From NCBI GenBank assembly GCA_028283505.1, contig JAPOFX010000003.1, positions 4,125-68,124 of the forward strand: DNA of 64,000 bases. The letters run 5' to 3'. Source of the stretch: Candidatus Poseidoniales archaeon (GTDB lineage Archaea > Thermoplasmatota > Poseidoniia > Poseidoniales > Thalassarchaeaceae). The translations under genes and the position numbers were made by a program. Within the stretch, counting starts at the first letter, position 1; each line of letters starts with the position of its first letter. The notes under the pieces were generated by a model. The model did no database searches, was not told where the DNA came from, and saw only the letters and a program-made list of their open reading frames with translations. Of this stretch, positions 28,690 through 37,997 are shown in pieces.

Positions 28690-28935
28690 TCAGCGTGTTA
28701 ACTGAATTGCAGAGCCTATTTTGGCAACCTCAGAAACAGGTACAGAAATTAGTCCTTCAGTGGTAGGCCAAGGGAGGAATTTGGGGTCTATCCCTTGTTC
28801 AATTACCACCAGTAAAGAGACTATAGAACCGGTATCCATGTCCACACTAAAATCCGCCATAGTGCCGAGCTTGTCGTTGGATGCGTCAACTACGTCTCTC
28901 CCCAAAAGCTCTCGGCCGAATGTGGTTGGCAACAT
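28690..28935 (-). CDS. Stand-alone PRC-barrel domain protein
   Basis: 81 aa. LLGRDVVDASNDKLGTMADFSVDMDTGSIVSLLV fits the PRC-barrel pattern. It starts 6 nt after the cdc48 stop (TGA GGTGAA ATG). Confidence 0.7.
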   Translation of the reverse strand: MLPTTFGRELLGRDVVDASNDKLGTMADFSVDMDTGSIVSLLVVIEQGIDPKFLPWPTTEGLISVPVSEVAKIGSAIQLTR

Positions 28936-28941
28936 TTCACC

Positions 28942-31173
28942 TCAGACTGATTCTATTCCCGCTAGACTGTCAGGTAGTCTGCGAACTGATTGAAGACCGC
29001 TTGTTAGTAAGTCCTCCATTCTATTGTAGTATAACATCATTTCATCGGTAACTGTCGGCCTAACCCTATCGACAGCCTCCTCGAAGTGTTTCCTAGTAAC
29101 CGTCTTCTTGTCAGCTCTCATAGCGATTAGTCCAGCTTCTCTGCAAACTGCCTCAATATCAGCACCGGTGTAGTTCTCTAGTTTGGAAGCGATTTCATCC
29201 AACGAGAATTTTCCGAGAGGCATATTCTCTGTGTGGATTTCTAAGATGGATTTCAATGCCTCTGGGTCTGGGGGAGGAACGTGCATCACCCTTTCGAATC
29301 TTCCGCTCCTCAACAGAGCTGGATCTATCATTTCAGGACGGTTCGTTGCTGCGACGACTATGACTCCTTCCATTCCCTCAACTCCATCCATACTGCTCAA
29401 GAGCTGATTCACGACTCTGTTGATTACATCAGACCCCTCTCCCGAGCTTGATCTCCTAACTCCTGCAATGCTCTCGAACTCATCCAAGAAAATTATCGAA
29501 GGACTGGATTGCTTTGCTTTCTTAAAGACCTCTCTGACTGCCTTTTCCGATTCTCCTACCCATTTTGATATCAGTTCAGGACCCTTTATGGTGATGAAAT
29601 TGGCTTTGGCCTCGTTTGCTATAGCCTTGGCAAGTAGTGTCTTCCCTGTACCAGGCGCCCCAAAAAGAACGATTCCTCTGGGTGGATTGATTCCAAAGTG
29701 ATCAAACAACTCGGGCTTGGTTAGAGGCCATTCAATGCTCTCCTTCAGCCTGTCTTTTATGTCCTGTAAGCCCCCGACTTCATCCCAAGAAACTTCGGGC
29801 ACTTCAAGATAAATCTCTCTTAGGGCACTAGGCTCGACCTCCTTGATAGCCATCTTGAAATCCGCCATAATCACAGCCATCTTCTCCAGAACCTCAGGAG
29901 GTATTTGCTCTTCGTCCAGATCTATCTCTGGTAGATACCTCCTTAGAGCCTTCATGGCTGATTCCCTGACCAAGGCGGAAATATCTGCACCGACGAATCC
30001 GTGTGTGTTATCCAGCAACCAATCCACGTCAAAGTCATCACTAATTGGCATCCCACGTGTGTGTATCTCAATTATTTCGGCCCTTCCGTTTTTGTCTGGG
30101 ACGCCTATTTCTATTTCTCTATCGAATCTGCCGGGTCGTCTGAGAGCCGGATCAATAGCATCCTGCCTATTTGTTGCTCCGATGACAACAACATTGTCTC
30201 TGCCCTGCATTCCATCAAGGAGAGTCAGTAGCTGAGCAACTACTCTGCGCTCAACCTCCCCACTTACGTCTTCCCTCTTGGGGGCGATACTGTCAAGCTC
30301 GTCGATGAAAATTATCGCTGGAGCATTAGAAGCGGCATCTTCAAAAATCTCCCTTAGCTGCTTTTCACTTTCGCCGTAGTATTTTGATATGATTTCGGGG
30401 CCGTTGATAGACGTGAAATGGGCATTTGTCTCAGATGCTACCGCCTTGGCAATCAGGGTCTTGCCTGTACCAGGAGGCCCATGCAATAGGACTCCTCTTG
30501 GAGGATCAATACCTAATCTTCTGAATAAAATTGGATGCTTGAGGGGGAGCTCTATCATTTCCCTGACTTTTTGTAGCTGATCCCCGAGTCCACCTATGTC
30601 TTCGTAGGAGATTGTCTGAACGTCTCCTTGGTCTTCTTCATCTACCGCATCCTCCTTAATCACTATGTCAGTGTCTGGAAGAACCTGAACGATTCCCTTT
30701 GGCTTAGTTGAGACGATTGCGAAGGGAAGAGCCTCTGCAAAGAGGGTCATTCCAGGAATGAATATTCTATCTCCAGCAACCACAGGCCTCTTGTTGAGGC
30801 CCCTTCGGGCAAATCCTTCTATCCCTGGCCCGAACCTTACTTTTTGTTGCTTGGCCATTACAGGACTCAGCACTAGTCTTTGGCAGGGCTGTGTCTCGAC
30901 TTTCTTTATGTCGACTCTATCGCCTAAGCTCACACCGGCATTTTTCCGAATTATTCCATCGACCCTAATCACGCCAAGATTAGCATCCTCTGGCCTACAC
31001 CTCCAGACAATGGCGGCAGTTTTTCTCTCACCTGAAACTTCGATTATATCCCCTGGTTTGAGATTTAAATCGTTATCGAACGGGACCCTTGCCCTACCAT
31101 GGCCGACGTCACTTGGTATTGCCTTGGCTACTCTTAATGTGAGGGATTCAGAATTTTCGTTGGTCATGTGCAC
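28942..31173 (-). CDS. cdc48: CDC48/VCP/VAT-type AAA+ ATPase (N domain plus D1 and D2)
   Basis: Two Walker A motifs ([13 protein letters not shown] and [13 protein letters not shown]), two Walker B motifs (IIFIDELD and IIFLDEFE), second regions of homology and an N-terminal double-psi-barrel-like domain. Confidence 0.95.
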   Translation of the reverse strand: MHMTNENSESLTLRVAKAIPSDVGHGRARVPFDNDLNLKPGDIIEVSGERKTAAIVWRCRPEDANLGVIRVDGIIRKNAGVSLGDRVDIKKVETQPCQRLVLSPVMAKQQKVRFGPGIEGFARRGLNKRPVVAGDRIFIPGMTLFAEALPFAIVSTKPKGIVQVLPDTDIVIKEDAVDEEDQGDVQTISYEDIGGLGDQLQKVREMIELPLKHPILFRRLGIDPPRGVLLHGPPGTGKTLIAKAVASETNAHFTSINGPEIISKYYGESEKQLREIFEDAASNAPAIIFIDELDSIAPKREDVSGEVERRVVAQLLTLLDGMQGRDNVVVIGATNRQDAIDPALRRPGRFDREIEIGVPDKNGRAEIIEIHTRGMPISDDFDVDWLLDNTHGFVGADISALVRESAMKALRRYLPEIDLDEEQIPPEVLEKMAVIMADFKMAIKEVEPSALREIYLEVPEVSWDEVGGLQDIKDRLKESIEWPLTKPELFDHFGINPPRGIVLFGAPGTGKTLLAKAIANEAKANFITIKGPELISKWVGESEKAVREVFKKAKQSSPSIIFLDEFESIAGVRRSSSGEGSDVINRVVNQLLSSMDGVEGMEGVIVVAATNRPEMIDPALLRSGRFERVMHVPPPDPEALKSILEIHTENMPLGKFSLDEIASKLENYTGADIEAVCREAGLIAMRADKKTVTRKHFEEAVDRVRPTVTDEMMLYYNRMEDLLTSGLQSVRRLPDSLAGIESV

Positions 31174-31309
31174 GGGCCCCTAGCAGGTGCGTCTCAACGG
31201 AGGACATAGTTAAACCCACCAATGGAAGGATGTCAAAAATTGCGATTGGTTATCAGAACGAAGGGTCTCGATAAGTAGCGTTATGTCTAGTGTGTGATTC
31301 GGTAAACAC

Positions 31310-32938
31310 ATGACTCACGTGCTGGAGACAGGTTTTGAAGAGATGGAAATTGAAAATCCAAATGGTAGCCCTGCAATAAGGGGATACAACATAATTGCGG
31401 GAAAACTATCACAATCAAATGATGGAAATACATTTCTAAGCAGAAATCCAGCATGGCTAGAAGATACAGTCGGGGAGTTTCCTCTCTCGACCAAGGAAGA
31501 CGTGCATGAGGCATTACGAGCGGCCAGATCTGCATTTCCCTCCTGGGCCGCTACCCCAGCACCCACACGTGGCCAAGTTATTGGTAACATGGGTAGACTT
31601 TTGATGGAAAGGAAGGATGACCTAGTCCGATTGCAGGCTCGCGAGATCGGTAAAACCATGAAAGAATGTGGGGGAGAAATTCAAGAGGCGATAGACACAT
31701 GTCTTTTCTTCCAATCAGAAGGTAGAAGATTGTATGGTCAGACAGTCAATTCGGAGCTTCCTGATAAAGAGCTTTTCACTTACAGACGACCGTTAGGAGT
31801 TTGTGGGATAATAAATGCCTGTAATTTTCCATCGGCAGTACCTTTCTGGAAGATGATCCCTGCAATCATGTGTGGGAACACTTGTGTTTGGAAATCGCCG
31901 CAAGACTCGCCTCTTTTGTCTTTCGCTCTAGCAAGAATAATGCATGAAGCAGGCCTTCCTGATGGGGTCATCAATCTCGTACATGGGAAGGGTAGTGGAG
32001 CCGGTCAGCACCTAGTTGATGCAACGGATCTTGGGTTGGTGGACAAGATTTCATTCACCGGCAGTACCCCAGTGGGCAAGATGATCGGAGAGGCCTGTGG
32101 AAGGAATCTGGTCAGTGCCTCATTGGAGCTAGGAGGTAAGAACCCTCTCGTCGTAATGCCTTCAGCCAACATAGATAACGCTGTTGAAGGGGCATATTGG
32201 GCTGGATTTGGAACCGCGGGACAGCGATGTACTAGTCTAGGAAATTTGATTCTCCATGAGAGCATATACGAAGAATTCATGTCAAAATTCATGAAGAAGG
32301 TATCAGAAACCAGAATTGGCGACTCGATGCGTCACGATGGGGTTCTCTATGGCTCAATGCTCTCAGAGAAATATGGGGATGACTTCCTTAAGGGATTAGA
32401 AATATGTGAATCGGATGGTGCTACCAAACTTTGGGGATCAGGGAGAATCACAGAAGATAGTCATCCAGATGGTTTTGTCGGGAATGCGAATGAGGGAGTG
32501 TACATGTGGCCTCACGTATATGAGGGGGTCAACGAAGGCATGAACTGCTTCCATGAGGAGATTTTCGGTCCCGTGGTGACAGTAGTGAAGGCCAAGGATT
32601 TCGATGACGCATTGCGTCTAGCTAATGCTTCTCCTTTCGGCCTTTCAAGTGCCTGCTACACAAATGATAGACTTGAGGCATTCAGATTCAAAACAGGAAT
32701 CAGAGCAGGGATGACTGGCATAAATAACTCGACGACGGGCGCCGAGGCACACCTGCCATTCGGTGGTGTCAAAGAGAGCGGAAATGGAAGTCGTGAGTCA
32801 GGGATATGGGTTCTGGAATCTTACTCTTATTGGCATGCAGTTAATGACGAGTTGTCAGGAAAACTACAGCTTGCACAGATGGATGTTGAAGAAATAGAAA
32901 TGGAAGAGGCGGAGGCCGATTACTCCGGTCTAGCTTAG
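31310..32938 (+). CDS. NAD(P)-dependent aldehyde dehydrogenase
   Basis: ALDH motifs FPSAVPFWK, LELGGKNP and GTAGQRCTS (catalytic Cys). It has an acidic C-terminal extension of about 30 aa. Substrate not assignable. Confidence 0.9.
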   Translation: MTHVLETGFEEMEIENPNGSPAIRGYNIIAGKLSQSNDGNTFLSRNPAWLEDTVGEFPLSTKEDVHEALRAARSAFPSWAATPAPTRGQVIGNMGRLLMERKDDLVRLQAREIGKTMKECGGEIQEAIDTCLFFQSEGRRLYGQTVNSELPDKELFTYRRPLGVCGIINACNFPSAVPFWKMIPAIMCGNTCVWKSPQDSPLLSFALARIMHEAGLPDGVINLVHGKGSGAGQHLVDATDLGLVDKISFTGSTPVGKMIGEACGRNLVSASLELGGKNPLVVMPSANIDNAVEGAYWAGFGTAGQRCTSLGNLILHESIYEEFMSKFMKKVSETRIGDSMRHDGVLYGSMLSEKYGDDFLKGLEICESDGATKLWGSGRITEDSHPDGFVGNANEGVYMWPHVYEGVNEGMNCFHEEIFGPVVTVVKAKDFDDALRLANASPFGLSSACYTNDRLEAFRFKTGIRAGMTGINNSTTGAEAHLPFGGVKESGNGSRESGIWVLESYSYWHAVNDELSGKLQLAQMDVEEIEMEEAEADYSGLA

Positions 32939-33058
32939 AGGAACATCTCGCCACAATCTGGACATGGGAGGCCCGGGAGCCATGCCCCCGCCATGTAGCC
33001 ACACTTCCAGCAAACTGAAGACTCCAGGCCGTATTCATCCACAGAAGCAGTAGGCGGG

Positions 33059-33065
33059 TTTTTTT
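33059..33065 (+). terminator. Oligo-T tract (T7), possible archaeal terminator downstream of the aldehyde dehydrogenase
   Basis: GGCGGGTTTTTTTAATTT lies 120 nt after the stop at 32938, preceded by a GC-rich segment. Archaeal termination commonly uses oligo-T. Confidence 0.25.
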
Positions 33066-33146
33066 AATTTCAATCTTGTCTTGAAAAGAGTTGTTCGGAA
33101 GCAATTGCTTAAGGGGGCCCGTCCATACCCCAGGTACAGAATTGTC

Positions 33147-33971
33147 ATGGCCAACTGGGACAGAGAACACCTAAGCTCGCTTGGCATAAATGTCAAGCTT
33201 CCTCTTAGGAGAGGGTTTGGGAGAACTCAGAGGATAGACAACTGGTGGACTGAGCCTATCTGGATGGCAACAGCATTGACCTTGGCATTAGTATACACTG
33301 CTCTGAGAGTCCTGGTTTGGGACGGTGGCATACACTATGATGATCACAGAGTCACTTCACCAATATTTTCTCCTGATGTACTCCACATGTTACACATTAC
33401 AAATCACCCAGGATGGATGAATTCTGCTATGTTGATTCTCTGGATACCATTCGGTTTCCGAGGTACTTGCTATTACATGAGGAGAGTGTACCACAGAACC
33501 TTCCTCCAAAATCCAACAGGTTGTATGATAGCGAAACCTGAGTTGAATTATTCTGTTGGTTACAAGGGTGAGAGGGGGCTATTCATCCTGAACAATATTC
33601 ACAGATACATGCTTTACCTGGCAATAATTATTCTGTCAATAAAATTCTACGATGTGGTACTAACGACTGACCTCGGAGAGGGCTCCAGAGGGGTCTCTAT
33701 CGGTACATTAATTCTGGGTATCGAGTCTTTCCTACTTTTCATGTATGTGTCATCCTGTCACGCATTCAGACATATTTTCGGAGGAGGAATGGATAGATGG
33801 AGAGGTGGGGTGTCTGGAGTTTTTGGTTCTCTTTACAGGTCAATCAGCAGAGTCAATGTTCATCACTCATTCTGGTTTTGGACTAGCTTAGCGATGGTTT
33901 TCCTAGGTGACTTGTTTGTATGGGCTGTATCTGAGAACATTATTGGTGACCAGATACTATTGGAGTGGTAG
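33147..33971 (+). CDS. sdhC: Succinate dehydrogenase/fumarate reductase membrane anchor (single large cytochrome b-type subunit)
   Basis: Five or six TM helices with conserved His. GFRGTCYYMRRVYHRTFLQNPTGC resembles the CYYYRKAYYR block I recall from b558-type anchors of Actinobacteria/Bacteroidetes. Its stop lies 1 nt before the sdhA ATG. Start taken at ATG 33147. Confidence 0.6.
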   Translation: MANWDREHLSSLGINVKLPLRRGFGRTQRIDNWWTEPIWMATALTLALVYTALRVLVWDGGIHYDDHRVTSPIFSPDVLHMLHITNHPGWMNSAMLILWIPFGFRGTCYYMRRVYHRTFLQNPTGCMIAKPELNYSVGYKGERGLFILNNIHRYMLYLAIIILSIKFYDVVLTTDLGEGSRGVSIGTLILGIESFLLFMYVSSCHAFRHIFGGGMDRWRGGVSGVFGSLYRSISRVNVHHSFWFWTSLAMVFLGDLFVWAVSENIIGDQILLEW

Positions 33972-33972
33972 C

Positions 33973-35805
33973 ATGGGAGAAGGTTACTCTACTCACGAGT
34001 ATGATGTGCTGGTAATCGGTGCCGGTGGTGCGGGCCTTAGGGCTGCTATAGAAGCCAGTTCTTCGGGCGCCACAGTTGCAATAATCTCCAAATCAATGCT
34101 TGGAAAGGCTCACACAGTAATGGCAGAAGGTGGTGCAGCTGCTGCTTTGGCGAACAAGGATCAGCGTGATTCATGGAAGACTCACTTCCGTGACACCATG
34201 AAGGGGGGGAAGTATCTCAATGACTGGAGGATGGCAAAAATTCATGCCCAACAAGCCCCGGATCGTATTAGGGAGTTAGAGCAGTGGGGAGCAGTATTTG
34301 ACAGGACGCCCAAGGGACTAACCAGCCAGAGAAATTTTGGGGGACACACATATCCAAGACTGGCCCATATCGGGGACGCGACGGGACTGGAGCTGATTAG
34401 AACCTTACAACAGAAAGGAATACACACAGGAATGGATGTTTTCATGGAATTCACCGTCAGGAAGCTATTCACGAAGGATGGTCGAGTAACCGGCTGTTTC
34501 TCGTATAGCAGGAACGATGGTTCCTTCCACGTATTCAAGGCCAAGTCTATTGTTCTCGCAACAGGAGGCGCTACCAGATGTTGGGAAGTATGTTCAGGAT
34601 CTTGGGAGTACACCGGTGAAGGCTTCGCCCTAGCCTACTGGGCTGGAGCTGAAATGGGCGACATGGAATTTATCCAGTTCCACCCTACTGGGATGATTTG
34701 GCCCAAATCCGTCAAGGGCATACTAGTGACTGAAGGAGTAAGGGGAGAAGGAGGAATGTTGAGAAACTCTAAGGGTGAACGTTTCATGTTCCAATATGTA
34801 CCCGAGATGTACAAGGAAGAATTTGCAGAAACCGAGAAGGAGGCTCTTGAATGGGTTGACGAGGTAGTTTCTGGCAAGCTAGCGACGAGGAGGAGACCGC
34901 CAGAGCTACTGACCAGAGATGTCGTTGCTAAAGCAATTAACAGCGAGAGGGATGCCGGAAGAGCTTCTAAACATGGAGGAGCATATCTAGACATCTCTTG
35001 GAGAGATGAGGAGGAAGTCAAGAAGAAACTTCCAGGAATGTATCATCAGTTCAAAGAGCTCGCAGCAGTGGACATAACAAAAGAGGCGATGGAAGTGGGC
35101 CCTACCGCTCATTACGTCATGGGTGGCGTCAAAGTCGATCACGAGACCCAAGAGACACGTATCAAGGGACTTTTCGCTGCAGGAGAGGCATCAACAGGAC
35201 TTCATGGTGCAAATCGTCTAGGGGGAAACTCGCTATCAGATTTGATCGTTTTCGGTAAGATAGCCGGGGAGCATGCGGCGAAATTATCCAAGGAAACACC
35301 AGAATTCGAAGAAATATCGGATTCTGAAATAGAAGAAGTGATCGAGGAAACTCTGGCTCCTCTTCGGAGGACTGGAGGGGAGAATCCCGCTTCAGTGGTT
35401 TCCGATCTAAGGCAGATGATGCAGAACAAGGTAGGCATTATTAGAACAAAATCACAGCTGGTGGATGCTTTGAGTGAATTGGACGAGCTTGAACACAGAG
35501 CCGGCAATGTATTCGGCGGTAGTGGTAAATCGTACAATCCTGGTTGGCACCAATCACTAGAGATCAAAGCGATGATTGACGTAAGTAGGATGTGCACTAT
35601 AGCAGCACTGAACAGGGAGGAAAGCAGGGGCGGACACACAAGGGATGACTTCCCTGACCCTAATCACGCACACTGGGGCAAAATCAACAGTGTTATCTTC
35701 ATGAATGATGACGGTGAGATGGAAATAAGATTTGAATCATACCCACCCATTCCTGCTGAATTGAGAGATTTGCTAGATTCCGAAGATTTTCATGAGGAGG
35801 AGTGA
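33973..35805 (+). CDS. sdhA: Succinate dehydrogenase/fumarate reductase flavoprotein subunit
   Basis: YDVLVIGAGGAGLRAA FAD motif, HTVMAEGG (covalent-FAD His region), HPTG, and HYVMGGV...RLGGNSL. Start set at ATG 33973 rather than the track's 33907. Confidence 0.93.
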   Translation: MGEGYSTHEYDVLVIGAGGAGLRAAIEASSSGATVAIISKSMLGKAHTVMAEGGAAAALANKDQRDSWKTHFRDTMKGGKYLNDWRMAKIHAQQAPDRIRELEQWGAVFDRTPKGLTSQRNFGGHTYPRLAHIGDATGLELIRTLQQKGIHTGMDVFMEFTVRKLFTKDGRVTGCFSYSRNDGSFHVFKAKSIVLATGGATRCWEVCSGSWEYTGEGFALAYWAGAEMGDMEFIQFHPTGMIWPKSVKGILVTEGVRGEGGMLRNSKGERFMFQYVPEMYKEEFAETEKEALEWVDEVVSGKLATRRRPPELLTRDVVAKAINSERDAGRASKHGGAYLDISWRDEEEVKKKLPGMYHQFKELAAVDITKEAMEVGPTAHYVMGGVKVDHETQETRIKGLFAAGEASTGLHGANRLGGNSLSDLIVFGKIAGEHAAKLSKETPEFEEISDSEIEEVIEETLAPLRRTGGENPASVVSDLRQMMQNKVGIIRTKSQLVDALSELDELEHRAGNVFGGSGKSYNPGWHQSLEIKAMIDVSRMCTIAALNREESRGGHTRDDFPDPNHAHWGKINSVIFMNDDGEMEIRFESYPPIPAELRDLLDSEDFHEEE

Positions 35806-36569
35806 TTTTGCAGACAGTTACATTCAGTGTTTTCCGTGGAGAGCCGGATCAAGACGGGGATCCATTCGGAAAAATGGTCGACTACACAATAGACCTAGAT
35901 GAAGGAATGGTTGTACTGGATGCTATTCATGCTATCCAAGCAGAGTTTGCTCCTGACCTAGCTTGTAGATGGAACTGTAAGGCAGGAAAATGTGGTTCTT
36001 GTAGTGCTGAAGTGAATGGGAAGTCCAGATTAATGTGTATGACAAGAATGGACGATATTCTTGATGAGACCCCTGAAGGAGAATCGGTAGTCATCAGACC
36101 CATGCAGACTTTCCCCTTAGTTAGGGATCTGGTTAGCGACACGTCCTGGGCCTATGAAACTGATAGAAAGATCGAGCCAATTAGTGGTCCTGGAGAGGTA
36201 GATTGGGAATATTACCAGCATGAAGCAGACAGAATTCAGGAGTTTAGGTCTTGTATAGAATGTATGCTATGCGTGAATACTTGTCACGTTATGAGAGAAC
36301 ATCAGAAGTTTGATGAGTTTGCAGGACCAAGATTTTTTGTCAGACTGGCAAGTCTTGAGATGCACCCATTGGATCAAAAAAGTAGGATACCTGAGATAAA
36401 GGAGGACTTCGGAATCGACTATTGCAACATTACCGGTTGTTGTAGTAGTGTATGTCCCGCAGGTATTGACATCAGGGAGAACGCGATAATCCCACTGAAA
36501 GAAAGGGTCGTTACAGAATTCTACGATCCTATCGCAATGATTGGACGAAAAATCGGGCTAAGACGCTAG
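35802..36569 (+). CDS. sdhB: Succinate dehydrogenase/fumarate reductase iron-sulfur subunit
   Basis: Cys clusters CRWNCKAGKCGSC, CIECMLCVNTC and CITGCCSSVCP. GGAGG (35796..35800) is embedded in the last sdhA codons. TTG 35808 (7-nt spacing) may be the true start rather than GTG 35802. Confidence 0.9.
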   Translation: MILQTVTFSVFRGEPDQDGDPFGKMVDYTIDLDEGMVVLDAIHAIQAEFAPDLACRWNCKAGKCGSCSAEVNGKSRLMCMTRMDDILDETPEGESVVIRPMQTFPLVRDLVSDTSWAYETDRKIEPISGPGEVDWEYYQHEADRIQEFRSCIECMLCVNTCHVMREHQKFDEFAGPRFFVRLASLEMHPLDQKSRIPEIKEDFGIDYCNITGCCSSVCPAGIDIRENAIIPLKERVVTEFYDPIAMIGRKIGLRR

Positions 36570-36615
36570 AGAGACCTAGGCTTGGTAAATTTTTCAGTTT
36601 ATTTCGTTTTATGAT

Positions 36616-36879
36616 CTACAAGCGCTTGATTCCAGTTTTCTTGACGTTAGCCTTCCAGATCTTATCCGGAAGGTAAGCCGGACTGCTTGCGCCTTTGGAC
36701 TCTAGGGTTCTCCAACCTTCGAAGCAGTGCACTTTATTTGTGCCCCTTTCTCTCAAATCGATGCTTGTGTGCCCTCTTCTGGCCGCCTTGAGAGCGGCCC
36801 CTCTGGGCTGACTGTTCACAAACACCTGACTTGTGTCCTCTCCATTCTCCATCAATACGAAGTACTTCTTTCCTGACAT
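36616..36879 (-). CDS. Non-histone chromosomal protein MC1 family
   Basis: MSGKKYFVLMENGEDTSQVFVNSQPRGAALKAARRGHTSIDLRERGTNKVHCFEGW aligns by eye with Methanosarcina MC1 (...FVLRDEDGNE...GKQPRQAALKAANRG...LRERGTKKVHVFKAW). Start taken at the second ATG (36879), about 10 nt after GGAGG. Confidence 0.8.
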   Translation of the reverse strand: MSGKKYFVLMENGEDTSQVFVNSQPRGAALKAARRGHTSIDLRERGTNKVHCFEGWRTLESKGASSPAYLPDKIWKANVKKTGIKRL

Positions 36880-36908
36880 TTTCAGCATACCTCCGCATGG
36901 ATCCTAAT

Positions 36909-36920
36909 TTATCCGGATAA
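36909..36920. promoter_or_regulatory. Perfect 12-bp palindrome TTATCCGGATAA upstream of the MC1 gene
   Basis: Lies 30-40 nt upstream of the MC1 start. On the minus strand it runs into ATAAATTA, a plausible TATA box. Confidence 0.3.
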
Positions 36921-36983
36921 TGAAGTTATTGGGTGAAAAAAGTCCCACTAAGACTCATTGGTATGTTTTTAGGATATTCGAGC

Positions 36984-37235
36984 TCACATTTCTGCACATG
37001 CAAGAGTCTTCGTATTCGCGACACCAGGAATCGCACGGATCGATTCTACTACATAGCGAGCTATCTCGCCCATACTATCAGCTTCAATCTTTACAATTAG
37101 ATCATAGTCTCCAAAGAGCATGTTTGCATCTGTGACGCAGTCCAGCTTTCGGACTATTTTGTGAACTTCTGACTCGCTCCCCGGTTCAACATTGACTAGT
37201 ACATAGCCGGCGGACATAATGTTGGTAGAGGGCAC
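36984..37235 (-). CDS. Stand-alone Lrp/AsnC ligand-binding (RAM) domain protein
   Basis: 83 aa. YVLVNVEPGSESEVHKIVRKLDCVTDANMLFGDYDLIVKIEADSMGEIARYVVESIRAIPGVANTKTL matches the RAM-domain pattern. No HTH domain. Confidence 0.7.
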   Translation of the reverse strand: MPSTNIMSAGYVLVNVEPGSESEVHKIVRKLDCVTDANMLFGDYDLIVKIEADSMGEIARYVVESIRAIPGVANTKTLACAEM

Positions 37236-37311
37236 TGACGGATGAATGCATCGATTGATGGTTCTGTATCTTGTCGATGGTTACTTATCATATGACTGTC
37301 CTTGTCACGTT

Positions 37312-37953
37312 ATGGCGGAGACAATAATTGTGAGGGAGTGCCGTCATGGACAAGTCAGGGTGCAGTTTGGCAACATTATACGAGTTGATGGTGATATCAT
37401 GGTAATTCCCGCAAACAATAGACTTGCTGGACGAGAGGGTCTGGACGAGAGGATGCAATTGGCGGCCGGGGACGAATTGAGGGCCAGATGTACAGAAATT
37501 GCCGTAGAGAGAAGGAAAGAAGGCAAGCAACCCTGCGGAGTAGGGGAAGCTGTGAGCACCTCTGGCTACAATCTTCCCGCGGAGAATCTAGTTCATGTTG
37601 TTGCACCAGATTGCAGGAGGCCTAACCAGGATAATTTCAGGAGAGAGCTTCTAGTGAATTCTTACAATGCGATGTTCGACGAAATCTCGAAGATTGAGCC
37701 GCGAAAAACGGTAGTTACACCTCCTCTAGGAATGGATGTTTTTGCCTATCCTCACAGAGAGGGGGCGCGAATGACGATGGAAATCGTACTTGATTGGATG
37801 GATGGAGAAGAGGACCCTGGGGTTGACATGGTCCTCATTGTTACTGATGAGGTTAATTTCTTGAACAACATGAAAACCGTATACCGAGAAAGCGAAGACC
37901 AGTTTCCCGGAGTGGATAGGACGAGAGATTTCAGAAAAGGTAAGATTCAGTGA
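37312..37953 (+). CDS. Divergent macro-domain (ADP-ribose-binding/hydrolase-like) protein
   Basis: FGNIIRVDGDIMVIPANNRLAGREGLDERMQLAAGDEL...VGEAVSTSGYNLPAENLVHVVAP follows the macro-domain layout. The usual GGGV loop is replaced by GREGL. Start set at ATG 37312. Confidence 0.6.
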   Translation: MAETIIVRECRHGQVRVQFGNIIRVDGDIMVIPANNRLAGREGLDERMQLAAGDELRARCTEIAVERRKEGKQPCGVGEAVSTSGYNLPAENLVHVVAPDCRRPNQDNFRRELLVNSYNAMFDEISKIEPRKTVVTPPLGMDVFAYPHREGARMTMEIVLDWMDGEEDPGVDMVLIVTDEVNFLNNMKTVYRESEDQFPGVDRTRDFRKGKIQ

Positions 37954-37997
37954 TGAACGACCAATGTTCTCATTAACCCTGAGAATCCAAAAGGGGC

